Assembly (NCBI GenBank): GCA_963675495.1
Contig: OY776215.1
Location: forward strand, 416,001-480,000
Direction: 5' to 3'
Source: an uncultured Methanolobus sp.
Lineage (GTDB): Archaea > Halobacteriota > Methanosarcinia > Methanosarcinales > Methanosarcinaceae
Length of the DNA: 64,000 nucleotides
The notes below the pieces were generated by a model that saw only the letters and a list, made by a program, of their open reading frames with translations, did no database searches and was not told where the DNA came from. Shown one piece after another: positions 1-10,883 of the stretch (positions are counted from its first letter, which is position 1; each line of letters starts with the position of its first letter). The translations under genes were made by a program, and so were the position numbers.

Positions 1-1686
1 TGTCTGCCCCTCCTCATCCTTATACATTCCAACATCCATTCCCGAACATCCTGAGACAAGGACAATGTAATTCCTCTTAAGCATCTCATCTGCTATATCG
101 TACACATCCTTAGTTCCACCCGGATAATTCGAACATCCCACTATTGCAATGATGCCAGGTGTTGTTCCAAGTACAAGGTTTACTCCTTCTTCCCGGATCT
201 CGGGGTCACTGATCTGACCTCTTCCAACCCTTACTTTTCCTATTTCTTCCCGTATGATCTTCTGTGCCGCTTTCTCGATTACATTCAGTACAGGAATATC
301 CTTTGGGCATGAATTGTCGCATCTGCCACATCCTATACATTTGTCGCGGAGTATCTCAAATGGTTCAAGGTCTCCACCTTCTGCAGCAGTCATTGCATCG
401 CTGATCGGCAGATTGGTCGGACACGCAAGCTCACAGGCCAGGCAGTGGACACATCTTGACGTAAGTTCTTTGAACTCGTCTTCGGATGGGAGGCCCCTTA
501 TCCCTTTTTCGTCGCGTATGATCGCCATCTTTTGCACAAGACGTGGTGCCAGCTCTCCAAGCTTGTCAAAGTCAAGCATGAGCGCACCGGGCTCCTTTCC
601 ACTGGCCAGATCATTAAGGACTTCATCTACACTGTCATCTGACCTGTCCGGAAGACCATACATTATTTTCGCATTGGTGGTGATCACAGGAATCATGAGC
701 TTCTGTGCCTCTCTGAGAACATCGGCACGCACACACTGTTCATCAACAACAACGACATCCGGAACACCTGAACGTATCATCTTCAGCTGTTTGGCAAGGG
801 TACTGACTATCTTTGCTTTTGGGGCTTTCCCGCCCTCTGTCTTATAGCGGGTCATGTCAAGGGCGGTACAGCATAGTCCACCAAGTTCTATCTTATCAAG
901 AATATCATGTTCTTCCATGTAATCAATTATATTGGAAACACCTGCCATATTGTGCCCTATAACTATCAGTACAGGTTTTGTGGAATCAATTGTTCCCATC
1001 CCTATCTCTGCAAGAGGTGTTTCGGGTTCTCCCTTTGGGAATTCCAGACATGATATCTGTGCGATATCAGATACTTCCATTCCCACATGATCAAGCATCC
1101 CGGCGTGCAGAGCCTTTGACTCGAAATCGATAGCTTCACCTTCCTGGCCCATGTGGATGGTTGCTATTAGCTGGGTCAGCTGTTCTTCTACATACACCAG
1201 TACCGCTTCAAGATCACCGATGGTTTCTGGTTTGTATCCTGTGACAGTCTGAGTGTTAGGTGCTTTGATGTTAGATGGGCCCACATCAATGGGATAATCC
1301 CTGCCGAATTTTTCGATCAAATAATGAAGAAGGTGACGTCCGTGTGCAGAGTGGGCCGCAGCTCCTACTATCGTACTAAGCAGGAACTCCCGTGCGCTCT
1401 GACCTTCCAGATTGATGCCACAAGCTCCTTCTTTGTTACCGGTCAGATCACATGTACCGAATGTACAGTAGCTGCATTGGTCGGATGTCGGTGTATAGAC
1501 AGGTTCGTATCGATCGAGCAGTTTAAAATCCCAGCTCCTCAATGCTGCTATTCCGGGTTTTGGTGTTGGTCCACCCTCACCTTTTTCTTCAATCTCCTTT
1601 TCGATAGCTCCTACAATGTTACTAACATTGATCTGAACGTTTTCCAAGTCTTCGATGGAAATCTTACCTGAAGTTAGCTTACTCAT
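1..1686 (-). CDS. cdhA: CO dehydrogenase/acetyl-CoA synthase complex subunit alpha (5' part; runs off window start)
   Basis: Hand translation from ATG at 1686: [18 protein letters not shown]...[13 protein letters not shown]...[13 protein letters not shown]...GGLCCTALD...DEQCVRAD...[12 protein letters not shown]...[12 protein letters not shown]; typical CdhA motifs. Absent from the ORF track because the stop lies outside the window. Confidence 0.95.
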   Translation of the reverse strand, partial: MSKLTSGKISIEDLENVQINVSNIVGAIEKEIEEKGEGGPTPKPGIAALRSWDFKLLDRYEPVYTPTSDQCSYCTFGTCDLTGNKEGACGINLEGQSAREFLLSTIVGAAAHSAHGRHLLHYLIEKFGRDYPIDVGPSNIKAPNTQTVTGYKPETIGDLEAVLVYVEEQLTQLIATIHMGQEGEAIDFESKALHAGMLDHVGMEVSDIAQISCLEFPKGEPETPLAEIGMGTIDSTKPVLIVIGHNMAGVSNIIDYMEEHDILDKIELGGLCCTALDMTRYKTEGGKAPKAKIVSTLAKQLKMIRSGVPDVVVVDEQCVRADVLREAQKLMIPVITTNAKIMYGLPDRSDDSVDEVLNDLASGKEPGALMLDFDKLGELAPRLVQKMAIIRDEKGIRGLPSEDEFKELTSRCVHCLACELACPTNLPISDAMTAAEGGDLEPFEILRDKCIGCGRCDNSCPKDIPVLNVIEKAAQKIIREEIGKVRVGRGQISDPEIREEGVNLVLGTTPGIIAIVGCSNYPGGTKDVYDIADEMLKRNYIVLVSGCSGMDVGMYKDEEGQT

Positions 1687-2200
1687 TATTCCTTACCCCT
1701 TATTCTCCCAGTGGTTTATTGGTTAGGCCAAAAATCAGTGTTATGAAATATTAAAAACGTATCAACAACTGTTGATGTCTAGGTCACTTGCACTACTATG
1801 AAGACCTTATAGATTACCAAACAGTCATCGCATATAACATTACCGCTGTTTATAATGATTATTCATGTAGTTTTTTTATATGTCCTAAAAGACATGGTTA
1901 TGATATGCATGCCATAATGCATCCTCCTGCTCAATAATAATTGAAACCCTACATTTGAGTCGGCCTATGAAATGCTGAACTCTTATCTAATAATCAGCCC
2001 GTATGGAAACATTCTCTTGAGAAATGACAATCAGCGGTCTTCAATTCCTCTTGAATAACTGGAGCATATGGAACTTTTCTTCTGAGCAGGCAGACACTAT
2101 TTTAGCCACGAAGAAGTAGTTCGTGGCAGAATTGTGCTATAAAATGAGGGTCTGTCTAAAAAACGAACATTTATATAAAAATAATTATACATATATATTT

Positions 2201-5188
2201 ATGGATTTTGCCGGGAAATTAAGAACTATTACTATAGGTTTTATCCTATTGCTCGTATCGTCCTCTTTTTTAGTGAGTGCAGCAACTGCCACCACCATAT
2301 ATGTAGATGATAGCGGTGGCCAGGATCATACCACCATCCAGGCAGCTATCAACGCATCCAATTCAAGCGATACTATCCTTGTGTATCCAGGCACGTACAA
2401 TGAGAACGTGGATGTGAACAAAGAGCTGAATATCACTTCAATAGCTGGTGCTGATGCGACGAATGTCGTGGCTCCATTAGCTGATGACCACACATTCTAT
2501 GTTACTGCAGATAATGTTACCATCAGCGGATTCAATGTGAGCAATGCCACAGGTAACAGTAGGGCAGGTATCCGTCTGCATCATTCCAGTAACATCACGC
2601 TGACAAACAACAAGGCCATAGGAAACAGTTACGGTATCTGGTTTTACTATTCCAGCTATAGTACAGCAACCAATAACAATGCTTCGGACAATACCTGGGG
2701 AATAGCACTTTCCTCTTCCAGTAACAATAACACTATAAGCAACAACATCGCATTGAGAAACGCCCAATACGGTATCTTTTTGCAATCTGACTGTAACTAC
2801 AACATGGTTACCAATAACACAGCCTCGGACAACAACTTCGGAATATATATACGTACTTCCAACAACAATAACACAATTGCAAGTAATACTGCACTAGATA
2901 ACAACTACGGGATTCGCCTAGACTCTTCCTGCAACTACAACACGCTGATAAACAACACAGCATCGTCCAATAGATATCACGGGATTTTTCTGTATGTATC
3001 GTGCAACTATAACGCTCTTACCAGTAACCTGGCCTCTGAAAATAGAAATCAAGGAATCGTACTGTACTCTTCCAGCAATAATAACACAGTAACAAACAAT
3101 AATGCATCAGACAATGTCATGAATGGAATCTTCATTGGTTCTACAAGCAACAACAACACGGTCATAAACAACAAAGCATCTGGCAATTCAGACAGTGGAA
3201 TATACATTGATGCATCCAGTGGCAACAACCTGAACAGCAACATCGTTTTGAGCAACTCCAACTACGGAATCTGGCTGTATTCTTCCAGCAACAATCTCAT
3301 CTATAACAATCATTTCAACAACAGCGCCAATACTTACTTCACAGGAACAAATACCGGCAATGTCTGGAACATCACAAGGACAGCAGGTACGAACATAATC
3401 GGTGGTTCCTGGTTAGGAGGAAACTACTGGCTCAAACCGGATGGCAGCGGGTTCAGCCAGGTAAATGATACCGATGCCAACGGTGACGCCATATGTGACG
3501 AAGTCTATACCACCGGTAATTTCACAGATTATCTACCACTGGCATTACCGGATACTACCGCACCCACCGTTACAGATGTCACATCAACTACGGGTAACGG
3601 ATCGTACAATACAGGTGATGGAATCGAGATCACAGTTACCTTCAATGAGAATGTGATTGTCACAGGTACACCACAGATCACACTTGAAACAGGTAGCATT
3701 GACAGAGTAGTGGATTACTCCACAGGCAATGGTACTGCAACTCTGGTCTTTACATATACTGTCCAGTCAGGTGACACATCATCAGATCTGGATTACAAGG
3801 GCACAACTGCATTGTCACTCAATGGTGGTGGCATCAAGGACATTTCAAATAACAATGCCAACCTGATACTGGCAACACCCGGTTCAGAACATTCACTGGG
3901 AGCAAACAAGGCTTTGGTGATCGACACCACAGCACCTGCCAGGGTGACCGATCTTGCAGGATCCTTCAATGGTTCCACCTGGATAAACTGGACATGGATC
4001 AATCCTTCTGACGGGGACTTCAATCATACAATGATATATCTGGATGGTGAATTCAAGAACAACGTAACAGGTACTGCATACAATTCAAGCGGACTGAGCG
4101 ACAACACAGATCATGAGCTCCAGGTCAGGACCGTGGATACTGCAGGAAATATCAATTACACATGGGTCAATGATAGTGCAAGTACGTCGAATACCCTGCC
4201 ACCTGCAAGTGTGACCGGACTATCGGACTCCTCAACCAGTACCACCTCGATCACATGGACATGGACCAACCCCGCAGATGTAGATTTCAATCACAGCATA
4301 ATCTATCTGAACAACGAATTCTTGATCAATGTAACAAATAGTTCGTACATTGTAACCGGTCTGAATGACAATACGTATTATGAATTACAAATCAGGACTG
4401 TGGACACAGCAGGGAATATAAATTCAACATGGGTAAATGACACTGCTGTGACAGATTCTATTGAGGACGATGATGACGACGACGATTCGGGAATCCGTGT
4501 GTCAGTTGGCCAGAGCCTTCCTCCTGAGTTCGTTATATCAACAGATTCCTCAATAAAGAGAGTTCTTGCAGGTTCAAAGATCGAATATGAATTCCCGGAT
4601 GAAGAAGGACCTGTTTTTGGCATCATTTTTGACGCAAAGAGCGATGAAGGTAATGTGGTTGCAAATGTCCAGCTACTCAAGCATTTACCAGATGATGTTA
4701 ACATCAATCCTTCAGGCAGCATCCAATTCCAGACAATGAGTATCAACGTTGGAAGCGAAGGGACGATCTCAAGTGAGAATGCTGACAATATCCAGATCCG
4801 GTTCAGGGTCACTAAGGAATGGATCCTGGAGAACAATATAGATCCTAACACAATTCGTATGACAAGATACAATGACCTTGTGTGGAGCGATCTCCCAACC
4901 AAAAAGATTGGGGAGGATGAGGAGTTCATGCATTTCACTGCCCAGACACCAGGTTTCTCCATCTTCCAGGTTCAAGGGGATGGTTCTGTAAAAGAAATGG
5001 AGAATACTAATGAAAATGCTTCAGAGTCCATCGAGGAAGAAACAACTGAAGCAGATATTGAAGAAGACGCCAACCTGCCAGGATTCACATCCCTATTTAG
5101 CATCTGCATACTTGGAATGGCAGGCTTCCTATTCAGAAGGAGAAAAGAAAGATGTTGGGTCCGGTCCCTGGGACCGGATCTACTCTAA
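2201..5188 (+). CDS. Surface glycoprotein: NosD/CASH right-handed beta-helix, Ig-like and FN3-like domains, PGF-pre-PGF domain, PGF-CTERM anchor
   Basis: Signal peptide after ATG 2201; 'TIYVDDSGGQDHTTIQAAIN'; many Asn-rich 'N..GI.L.SS.NN' repeats; 'GGNYW'; two 'WTW.NP.D.DFNH' repeats; 'TPGFSIF'; C-terminal LPGF + TM helix + RRRK. Confidence 0.88.
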   Translation: MDFAGKLRTITIGFILLLVSSSFLVSAATATTIYVDDSGGQDHTTIQAAINASNSSDTILVYPGTYNENVDVNKELNITSIAGADATNVVAPLADDHTFYVTADNVTISGFNVSNATGNSRAGIRLHHSSNITLTNNKAIGNSYGIWFYYSSYSTATNNNASDNTWGIALSSSSNNNTISNNIALRNAQYGIFLQSDCNYNMVTNNTASDNNFGIYIRTSNNNNTIASNTALDNNYGIRLDSSCNYNTLINNTASSNRYHGIFLYVSCNYNALTSNLASENRNQGIVLYSSSNNNTVTNNNASDNVMNGIFIGSTSNNNTVINNKASGNSDSGIYIDASSGNNLNSNIVLSNSNYGIWLYSSSNNLIYNNHFNNSANTYFTGTNTGNVWNITRTAGTNIIGGSWLGGNYWLKPDGSGFSQVNDTDANGDAICDEVYTTGNFTDYLPLALPDTTAPTVTDVTSTTGNGSYNTGDGIEITVTFNENVIVTGTPQITLETGSIDRVVDYSTGNGTATLVFTYTVQSGDTSSDLDYKGTTALSLNGGGIKDISNNNANLILATPGSEHSLGANKALVIDTTAPARVTDLAGSFNGSTWINWTWINPSDGDFNHTMIYLDGEFKNNVTGTAYNSSGLSDNTDHELQVRTVDTAGNINYTWVNDSASTSNTLPPASVTGLSDSSTSTTSITWTWTNPADVDFNHSIIYLNNEFLINVTNSSYIVTGLNDNTYYELQIRTVDTAGNINSTWVNDTAVTDSIEDDDDDDDSGIRVSVGQSLPPEFVISTDSSIKRVLAGSKIEYEFPDEEGPVFGIIFDAKSDEGNVVANVQLLKHLPDDVNINPSGSIQFQTMSINVGSEGTISSENADNIQIRFRVTKEWILENNIDPNTIRMTRYNDLVWSDLPTKKIGEDEEFMHFTAQTPGFSIFQVQGDGSVKEMENTNENASESIEEETTEADIEEDANLPGFTSLFSICILGMAGFLFRRRKERCWVRSLGPDLL
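5160..5178. terminator. GC-rich hairpin between convergent genes
   Basis: TCCGGTCC-CTG-GGACCGGA perfect inverted repeat. Confidence 0.5.
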
Positions 5189-5238
5189 AGAGTAAGTCAG
5201 GCTTACCAGGTCGATGTAATTCAGAACTTCAGTTTAGT

Positions 5239-5751
5239 CTACCCATATCTATTGTAATAGACCTTTCCTTCATCATACCTGTCCTCAGGTTCGATTTCCT
5301 GAGCAGGATGACCAATAACCACCAGTCCCAGAGGGATTACTTTTTCCGGCAGTGCGAACGCTTTTCTAAAGCTTTCAACACGATCATCCATTGGATAGGA
5401 ACCTGTCCAGACAGCACCAAGTCCCAGTTCGTGAGCAGCAAGCAAAAGGTTCTGTATGGCTGCCGAACAGTCCTGCACCCAGAATCCAGGAGCTATCTCC
5501 TTACTCGTATCCCCGCATACAAGAATAGCAAGGGGGGCTCCACGGACCATGGCTGCATAGGGGCTGTACTCTGGTATCTCATCCAGTAGCTTTCGGTCAT
5601 CGATCACCACAAACACCCATGTCTGTGCGTTCGCCGCTGAAGGCGCACTCATGGCAGCTGAAAGTAGCTCCTTTACCACTTCTCCAGATACCTTTTCTTC
5701 GGTGTACTTCCTGATACTTCGACGTGTATGAATAGCTTTTAAAACTTCCAT
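5239..5751 (-). CDS. Nitroreductase family protein
   Basis: MEVLKAIHTRRSIRKY...APSAANAQTW...DCSAAIQNLLLAAHELGLGAVW; start moved to ATG 5751. Confidence 0.92.
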   Translation of the reverse strand: MEVLKAIHTRRSIRKYTEEKVSGEVVKELLSAAMSAPSAANAQTWVFVVIDDRKLLDEIPEYSPYAAMVRGAPLAILVCGDTSKEIAPGFWVQDCSAAIQNLLLAAHELGLGAVWTGSYPMDDRVESFRKAFALPEKVIPLGLVVIGHPAQEIEPEDRYDEGKVYYNRYG

Positions 5752-6053
5752 ATTAAACCCATCCCAATAAAAAAATAACAAAAAAGAATATGATGTGAAG
5801 CTACTTAAGGCTTCACTCAAAAGGTTGATTCCAGCTCTCTTTGCCATTGGGACAGTGAATACATAAATTGGCAATGTGCTCTGGAAATGAAGATGGGATA
5901 TCCCTTTTACAGCATAAATTTGCATAACACTGTTTTTGAACCAACTGGAACGTTTTACTCAATATTTTCAAGAGCGAAAAAAATCAAAGATAACAGAGTG
6001 GTCCTCAATTACCTCAAACCTTTCTAAAAATGAAGATAATCCATTTAATAGTA

Positions 6054-6629
6054 TCATATAAGATTATATCCCAATTTTGAAATTTCCAGTATTAGAAGAA
6101 TGAGTGTGAAATTTCCCACAAATAATGGAATTATCATTTTTTTGAATGGAAATCCCACTATTGCAAGTGCTATTGCAATTATATCACTTGGAAGAGGAGT
6201 TAATGAGTAAAAGAATATAAGCAGCATGATTATCCTGTCATCAAACTGTTCCAGGCGCTTTATCAGACGGGAAACATAAACTTCATACTTCCCCTTGATG
6301 CATGTTTTACATTTCATTCCCAGATAATAGAACAACATATCTCCAAAAGTAAGACCTGTACTTGCAATTAAAGAAAGCCACATCGAATTTACTCCACCAA
6401 AGGAAATAGCAATAAGAGCCGTGTAAAATGTGGTAGAAGTGAAAGTGGAAACACCACCTATCAGAGACATTAGGAAGATAAAAGTGTAAACATTACGAAC
6501 TCCCAGTCTTTCAACGATCTCCACGGGAGAATAGTAAAAAAGAAGAAGCGACCATAAGAATACAAATAGAACAATTAACCCAATGATCCTAACATTTCTT
6601 TTGCCATTAGAGCTAGAACATTTTCTCAT
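6054..6629 (-). CDS. DedA/VTT (SNARE-associated)-like membrane protein
   Basis: Several TM helices; 'GLTFGDMLFYYLG' and 'LTPLPSDII' motifs. Confidence 0.7.
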   Translation of the reverse strand: MRKCSSSNGKRNVRIIGLIVLFVFLWSLLLFYYSPVEIVERLGVRNVYTFIFLMSLIGGVSTFTSTTFYTALIAISFGGVNSMWLSLIASTGLTFGDMLFYYLGMKCKTCIKGKYEVYVSRLIKRLEQFDDRIIMLLIFFYSLTPLPSDIIAIALAIVGFPFKKMIIPLFVGNFTLILLILEISKLGYNLI

Positions 6630-6794
6630 TTGACACCCGTTTTTTTGATGGAAATATTGTTTTTACTTTTTACCGTCATTTGACCTCATAATAAGTTGGA
6701 CATTTACTGGTAATAAATCATATCGAGAATATCAGAAAAAATCTGAGAATAACAGAAATTTAAAAAATAGAAAAACAAATGAATACCGAAGTAT

Positions 6795-8057
6795 TCATTC
6801 AAAATCACAAAGTCCGGCCATATCCAGTGTAACAAAATAGTCATCTACTGTCTCAGCTCTTCTTATCTGCACAAAACTTCCATCGGGTCTAAGGAGTATC
6901 TCTGATGACCTCAGCTTTCCATTATAGTTGAAACCCATTGCATGACCATGAGCCCCTGCATCATGGATAGCAAGTATGTCGCCTTTGGTGACTTCAGGCA
7001 GCATTCTATCAATAGCAAACTTGTCGTTGTTCTCACAAAGTGAACCTGTGACATCATAAAGCTGTGAAGCTTCTACGTTTTCCTTTCCGAGAACCGTGAT
7101 ATGATGATATGCACCATACAGAGCCGGACGCATGAGATTTGCCATGCATGCATCAGTACCTACATAGTCCTTGTAGATATGTTTCATGTGACGGACACTG
7201 GTTACAAGGTAACCATAAGGTCCTGTGATCACCCTTCCGCATTCAAGGAATATCTTCAACGGATGAAGATCACTTGCCCTGATTATCTCATCATAAACCT
7301 TGCTGACACCCTTCGCAATAACATCATAAGGCACTGGTTCCTGTTCAGGTCTGTAAGGAATACCGATTCCACCGCCAAGGTTCACGAATTCGAATTTAAT
7401 ACCTAGGTCCTTCGAGAGTTCAGCTATCAACTCGAACAGTATCTTTGCAGTCTCAATGAAATACTCAGGGTCCAGTTCATTGGAAGCCACCATTGTGTGC
7501 AGCCCGAACCTTTTGACACCTTTTTCTTTCATCATCTGGTAGCCTTCAAAAAGTTGCTCTCTGGTAAAACCGTATTTTGCTTCCTCGGGGTTACCGATAA
7601 TGGCATTTCCTTCCTTAAGCGGACCGGGGTTGTAACGGCAACAGACTATCTCCGGCAGTCCGGCAGTCTTTTCAAGATAATCAATGTGATTGATATCGTC
7701 AAGGTTGATGATAGCTCCAAGCTCCTTTGCCTTGATGAACTCCTCTTCAGGAGTGTCATTGGAACTGAACATGATATCTTCGCCAACTATACCCGTCTTT
7801 TTCGCAAGCATAAGTTCTGGAAGGGAACTGCAGTCAGCTCCGAAGCCCTCGGCTTTGAGCAGTTTCATGATATAAGGATTAGGAAGGGCTTTTACTGCAA
7901 AATATTCCTTGAATCCATTGACAATGCTGAATGCTTCCTTGAGTTTTCTTGCATTCTCAATTATTCCCTTCTCATCATATACATGGAAAGGAGTAGGATA
8001 CTTTTCAATTATCTCTGCAATCTTTTCCTTTGTGAACGGAACTTGTTTTGACACCAT
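6795..8057 (-). CDS. lysA: Diaminopimelate decarboxylase
   Basis: 'YPTPFHVYDE', PLP lysine in 'FAVKALPN', 'NLGGGIG', 'ECGRVITG', 'GSLCENND', 'HGHAMGFNYNG'. Confidence 0.93.
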   Translation of the reverse strand: MVSKQVPFTKEKIAEIIEKYPTPFHVYDEKGIIENARKLKEAFSIVNGFKEYFAVKALPNPYIMKLLKAEGFGADCSSLPELMLAKKTGIVGEDIMFSSNDTPEEEFIKAKELGAIINLDDINHIDYLEKTAGLPEIVCCRYNPGPLKEGNAIIGNPEEAKYGFTREQLFEGYQMMKEKGVKRFGLHTMVASNELDPEYFIETAKILFELIAELSKDLGIKFEFVNLGGGIGIPYRPEQEPVPYDVIAKGVSKVYDEIIRASDLHPLKIFLECGRVITGPYGYLVTSVRHMKHIYKDYVGTDACMANLMRPALYGAYHHITVLGKENVEASQLYDVTGSLCENNDKFAIDRMLPEVTKGDILAIHDAGAHGHAMGFNYNGKLRSSEILLRPDGSFVQIRRAETVDDYFVTLDMAGLCDFE

Positions 8058-8280
8058 TGGTCTACCTCTTTAATTGTCTGGTTCCTTAAAACTCGGTACA
8101 CAAATAAATAGTTGATTGGAAAGTATCAAAAAAAATAGCACATTCCTGTCTTTTTTAGAACGCAGAATATTTATAGGACTTGTTCGCATATTATAGAACA
8201 ATTGGGAGTTATATGGTTTCAGACCGATTCTAAAAGGACAGTTTACGAATACCTGAGATTGTAGAAAAGAGGATATAGGA

Positions 8281-8790
8281 ATGAATGACAAGGATCATTA
8301 CTCCAGTGACGACGACTCGCATGATAAGATCACAAGTATTGATGAACTGATAGAGCACATCATGAAATTGTTCTCCGCCAGTCTCGATGAAAATAATAGT
8401 AAGCCTGTGATACATGGTTTTACAATAATCGACCAGCCAGGGAAAAAACCAACGATATTTGGCTTTAAGGGTCAAACCGGGGCTGAAAACTTCGACTACG
8501 AAGATGAAGATGAGAGCGAAGGGGATTTCTACATATTTAACCAGGAACCTTTCATAGATATCTTTGAAGCAGAAAATAAAGTATTCCTGCTAGCAGACCT
8601 CGGAGTTGAGGAAGATTGCGTTGAATATCACGCTTATGAATCTCATGTGGAACTAAGTGTCATTACCAGCGGCACAGGTTATTCCAGGGTCATAGACCTG
8701 CCCTGCAATGTAGATCCGGCAAGCATGGCTGTATGCTACAAGAACGGCGTACTTGAACTCACGTTTGAAAATGCCGCTGATACAGAATAA
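8281..8790 (+). CDS. Archaeal Hsp20/alpha-crystallin-like protein
   Basis: 'EPFIDIFE...VFLLADLGVE...IDLPCNVD...YKNGVLEL'. Confidence 0.8.
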   Translation: MNDKDHYSSDDDSHDKITSIDELIEHIMKLFSASLDENNSKPVIHGFTIIDQPGKKPTIFGFKGQTGAENFDYEDEDESEGDFYIFNQEPFIDIFEAENKVFLLADLGVEEDCVEYHAYESHVELSVITSGTGYSRVIDLPCNVDPASMAVCYKNGVLELTFENAADTE

Positions 8791-8984
8791 GCGGTATTTT
8801 TATACTCTGGTCTTTTAACTCTTTTTTAATTCAATCCTATCATTTTGAATGCTTTTGTTCTATCCCCAATTATTTTTCACTTAGCTTCAGCGTTGAACCC
8901 TTCTGAAGACATACTGAAACATACCTGACAGTCAAATACTTAAACACTAATGTCAGATTAGACAGAAAATCAGGGATAATCATC

Positions 8985-9686
8985 ATGATAAAGATTGTAA
9001 GATCAGACGAAAGACATCTTGTTGATAACGACTCACAGCACAGTTACTGGCTATTTTCATATTCAGATTATCTGGACATGAAAAATACACATTTTGGAGA
9101 CCTTAAGGTCTTTAACGATGATACTTTGTTTGCAGGAAAAGCATTCAAGCCGGAATCTGTCGATAACAAGGAAATAATCACAATAGTTCTTGAAGGAGAA
9201 CTGAGCCATGAAGACAGCACAGGAGCAAAAGAAATTCTGAAAACCGGTGATGTCCACATACTGTCTACCGGCGAAGGGGCTTCATTTTCAGGAATGAACC
9301 TCACAGCTGAGGATGCACGCCTTTGCAGGATATGGATCAATCCACTGAGACAGAATATGGAACCTACATCAAATAAAAAGAACTTTGATACTATTTCCAG
9401 GAAAAATGAACTAATTCATGTAGCTGGGCAGGGATATGCGGATGCACTCAAAATACGTGCTAACGTAACTGTTTCCATTTCAAAACTGGAAAAAGGACAG
9501 ATGGTCGATTTTCTGCCTGATATCTCAAGATACGTTTTTATTTATGTACTGGAAGGAGAATTGGATGTCTGCGGAGAAAAACTTGAAACTTATGATCAGG
9601 CTCGCATAAACCAGAATGACCCACTAGTTATCAAAGCAGAAAGTGATGCCTTTTTCATTCTTGTAGATGCCACTGGAAACTACTGA
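8985..9686 (+). CDS. Pirin-family bicupin lacking the canonical metal ligands (YhaK-like)
   Basis: 'FSYSDY...FGDLKVFNDD...EIITIVLEGELSHEDSTG...IWINP'. Confidence 0.85.
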   Translation: MIKIVRSDERHLVDNDSQHSYWLFSYSDYLDMKNTHFGDLKVFNDDTLFAGKAFKPESVDNKEIITIVLEGELSHEDSTGAKEILKTGDVHILSTGEGASFSGMNLTAEDARLCRIWINPLRQNMEPTSNKKNFDTISRKNELIHVAGQGYADALKIRANVTVSISKLEKGQMVDFLPDISRYVFIYVLEGELDVCGEKLETYDQARINQNDPLVIKAESDAFFILVDATGNY

Positions 9687-9869
9687 GAACAGCTTGAGCA
9701 GGTTGGAGTGGAAACTCCGGCCGAACTCAAAAAGCTTGGAAGCAGGAAAGCATTTGAGAGAATAATGATAGTCGATGAGAATTCATGCATAAACAAGCTT
9801 TACGCACTTGAAGGAGCTATTCAAGGAGTGCGCAAGCATCATCTGCCTGAAGATGAACAAAAAACCTAA
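9687..9869 (+). pseudogene. TfoX/Sxy C-terminal domain gene remnant
   Basis: Hand translation EQLEQVGVETPAELKKLGSRKAFERIMIVDENSCINKLYALEGAIQGVRKHHLPEDEQKT*; 'LYALEGAIQG' is the TfoX_C signature; N-terminus and start missing. Confidence 0.75.
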
Positions 9870-9874
9870 GAGTA

Positions 9875-10609
9875 TTACCTTTGCTTGAAATGATCAGAGA
9901 GATAGTTGAAAACATCTCCAAGCTCATCGTACTTAAGATATGCATATCCATCCAGAGGTGTTGGCATGTTGTTGATTATCACAAGTTTCCCCCCAGATTT
10001 CAATGAACATACTGGAAGACTGGCTGCTGGCTGCACTACAAGTGACGAACCAATGACCACAAACAGATCGGCTTTGGAACTGGCTTCAATCGCTTTTGTA
10101 AATATATCCTGGTCAAGCATTTCCCCGAAAAATGTTATATCCGGCTTGATCAGACCGGCACATTCACTACAATGGGGAACTTCATCTTTTTCTAATTTCT
10201 CGCAAACTTCATCATAAGAATAATTCCTGTTGCATGCAAGGCACCTGTGATTTGCAGGTGAACCATGAACCTCTAAAACATTAACAGAACCTGCTTTCTG
10301 GTGAAGCAGATCGATATTCTGAGTAATAACAGCCTTAACATATCCTTCTTTTTCCAGAGAAGCTAATGTATCATGAATTATGTTTGGCTCCTTAGTACCA
10401 AGATTGTAGATGAAGTCTTTTGCGTGTGTGTAAAAATAAGCAGGTTCATTACGGAAAAATTTAAGGTCGAATATCTTATTTGCATCATATTTTGCGTACA
10501 GACCAGTACTGCCCCTGAAATCCGGAATACCGGAAAAAGTTGAAATGCCAGCTCCACTCAAAAAAACACAGTTCTTGGAGCTTTCCAGCAGTTCAGCCAA
10601 TCTATGCAT
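9875..10609 (-). CDS. cobB: NAD-dependent protein deacylase (sirtuin, Sir2/CobB family)
   Basis: 'GAGISTFSGIPDFRG', 'TQNIDLLHQKAGS', 'HG', two CxxC Zn pairs, 'GSSLVVQPAASLP'. Confidence 0.93.
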   Translation of the reverse strand: MHRLAELLESSKNCVFLSGAGISTFSGIPDFRGSTGLYAKYDANKIFDLKFFRNEPAYFYTHAKDFIYNLGTKEPNIIHDTLASLEKEGYVKAVITQNIDLLHQKAGSVNVLEVHGSPANHRCLACNRNYSYDEVCEKLEKDEVPHCSECAGLIKPDITFFGEMLDQDIFTKAIEASSKADLFVVIGSSLVVQPAASLPVCSLKSGGKLVIINNMPTPLDGYAYLKYDELGDVFNYLSDHFKQR

Positions 10610-10883
10610 AATTATATTTTACACTTCTGGATTATATAGTCCTTTTTCTTTAAGTGAAAAGGCACGCTGTTGTAAAATTTAGAATAAAAAGATAACGGCA
10701 GAAGTACAAGGAAATATCAAAAAAAGTCGTTGCTATATATAAATAATTTATAATGATTAAATGAGAACAAATCATATCAGTTCAAATTAACTAACTTTAT
10801 ATACTAAAAGAAAAAAGAATGTTATAAAATAGTTAGAATGTTGGAGCTGCATTTGTATTTAAACATTTGATGATTGTGATAAA

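Noticed and set aside
254-1671. Plus-strand ORFs 254..847 and 1324..1671
   Set aside because: Antisense shadows of cdhA
1899-1928. GGAGG-preceded five-codon uORF (MACIS) on the minus strand upstream of cdhA
   Set aside because: Too short to distinguish from chance without expression data
2540-3320. AAC-rich quasi-repeats
   Set aside because: Explained by Asn-ladder beta-helix coding repeats
5752-6050. Upstream extension of the nitroreductase ORF or a possible decayed gene
   Set aside because: Family similarity begins at ATG 5751; other frames contain stops and nothing recognisable
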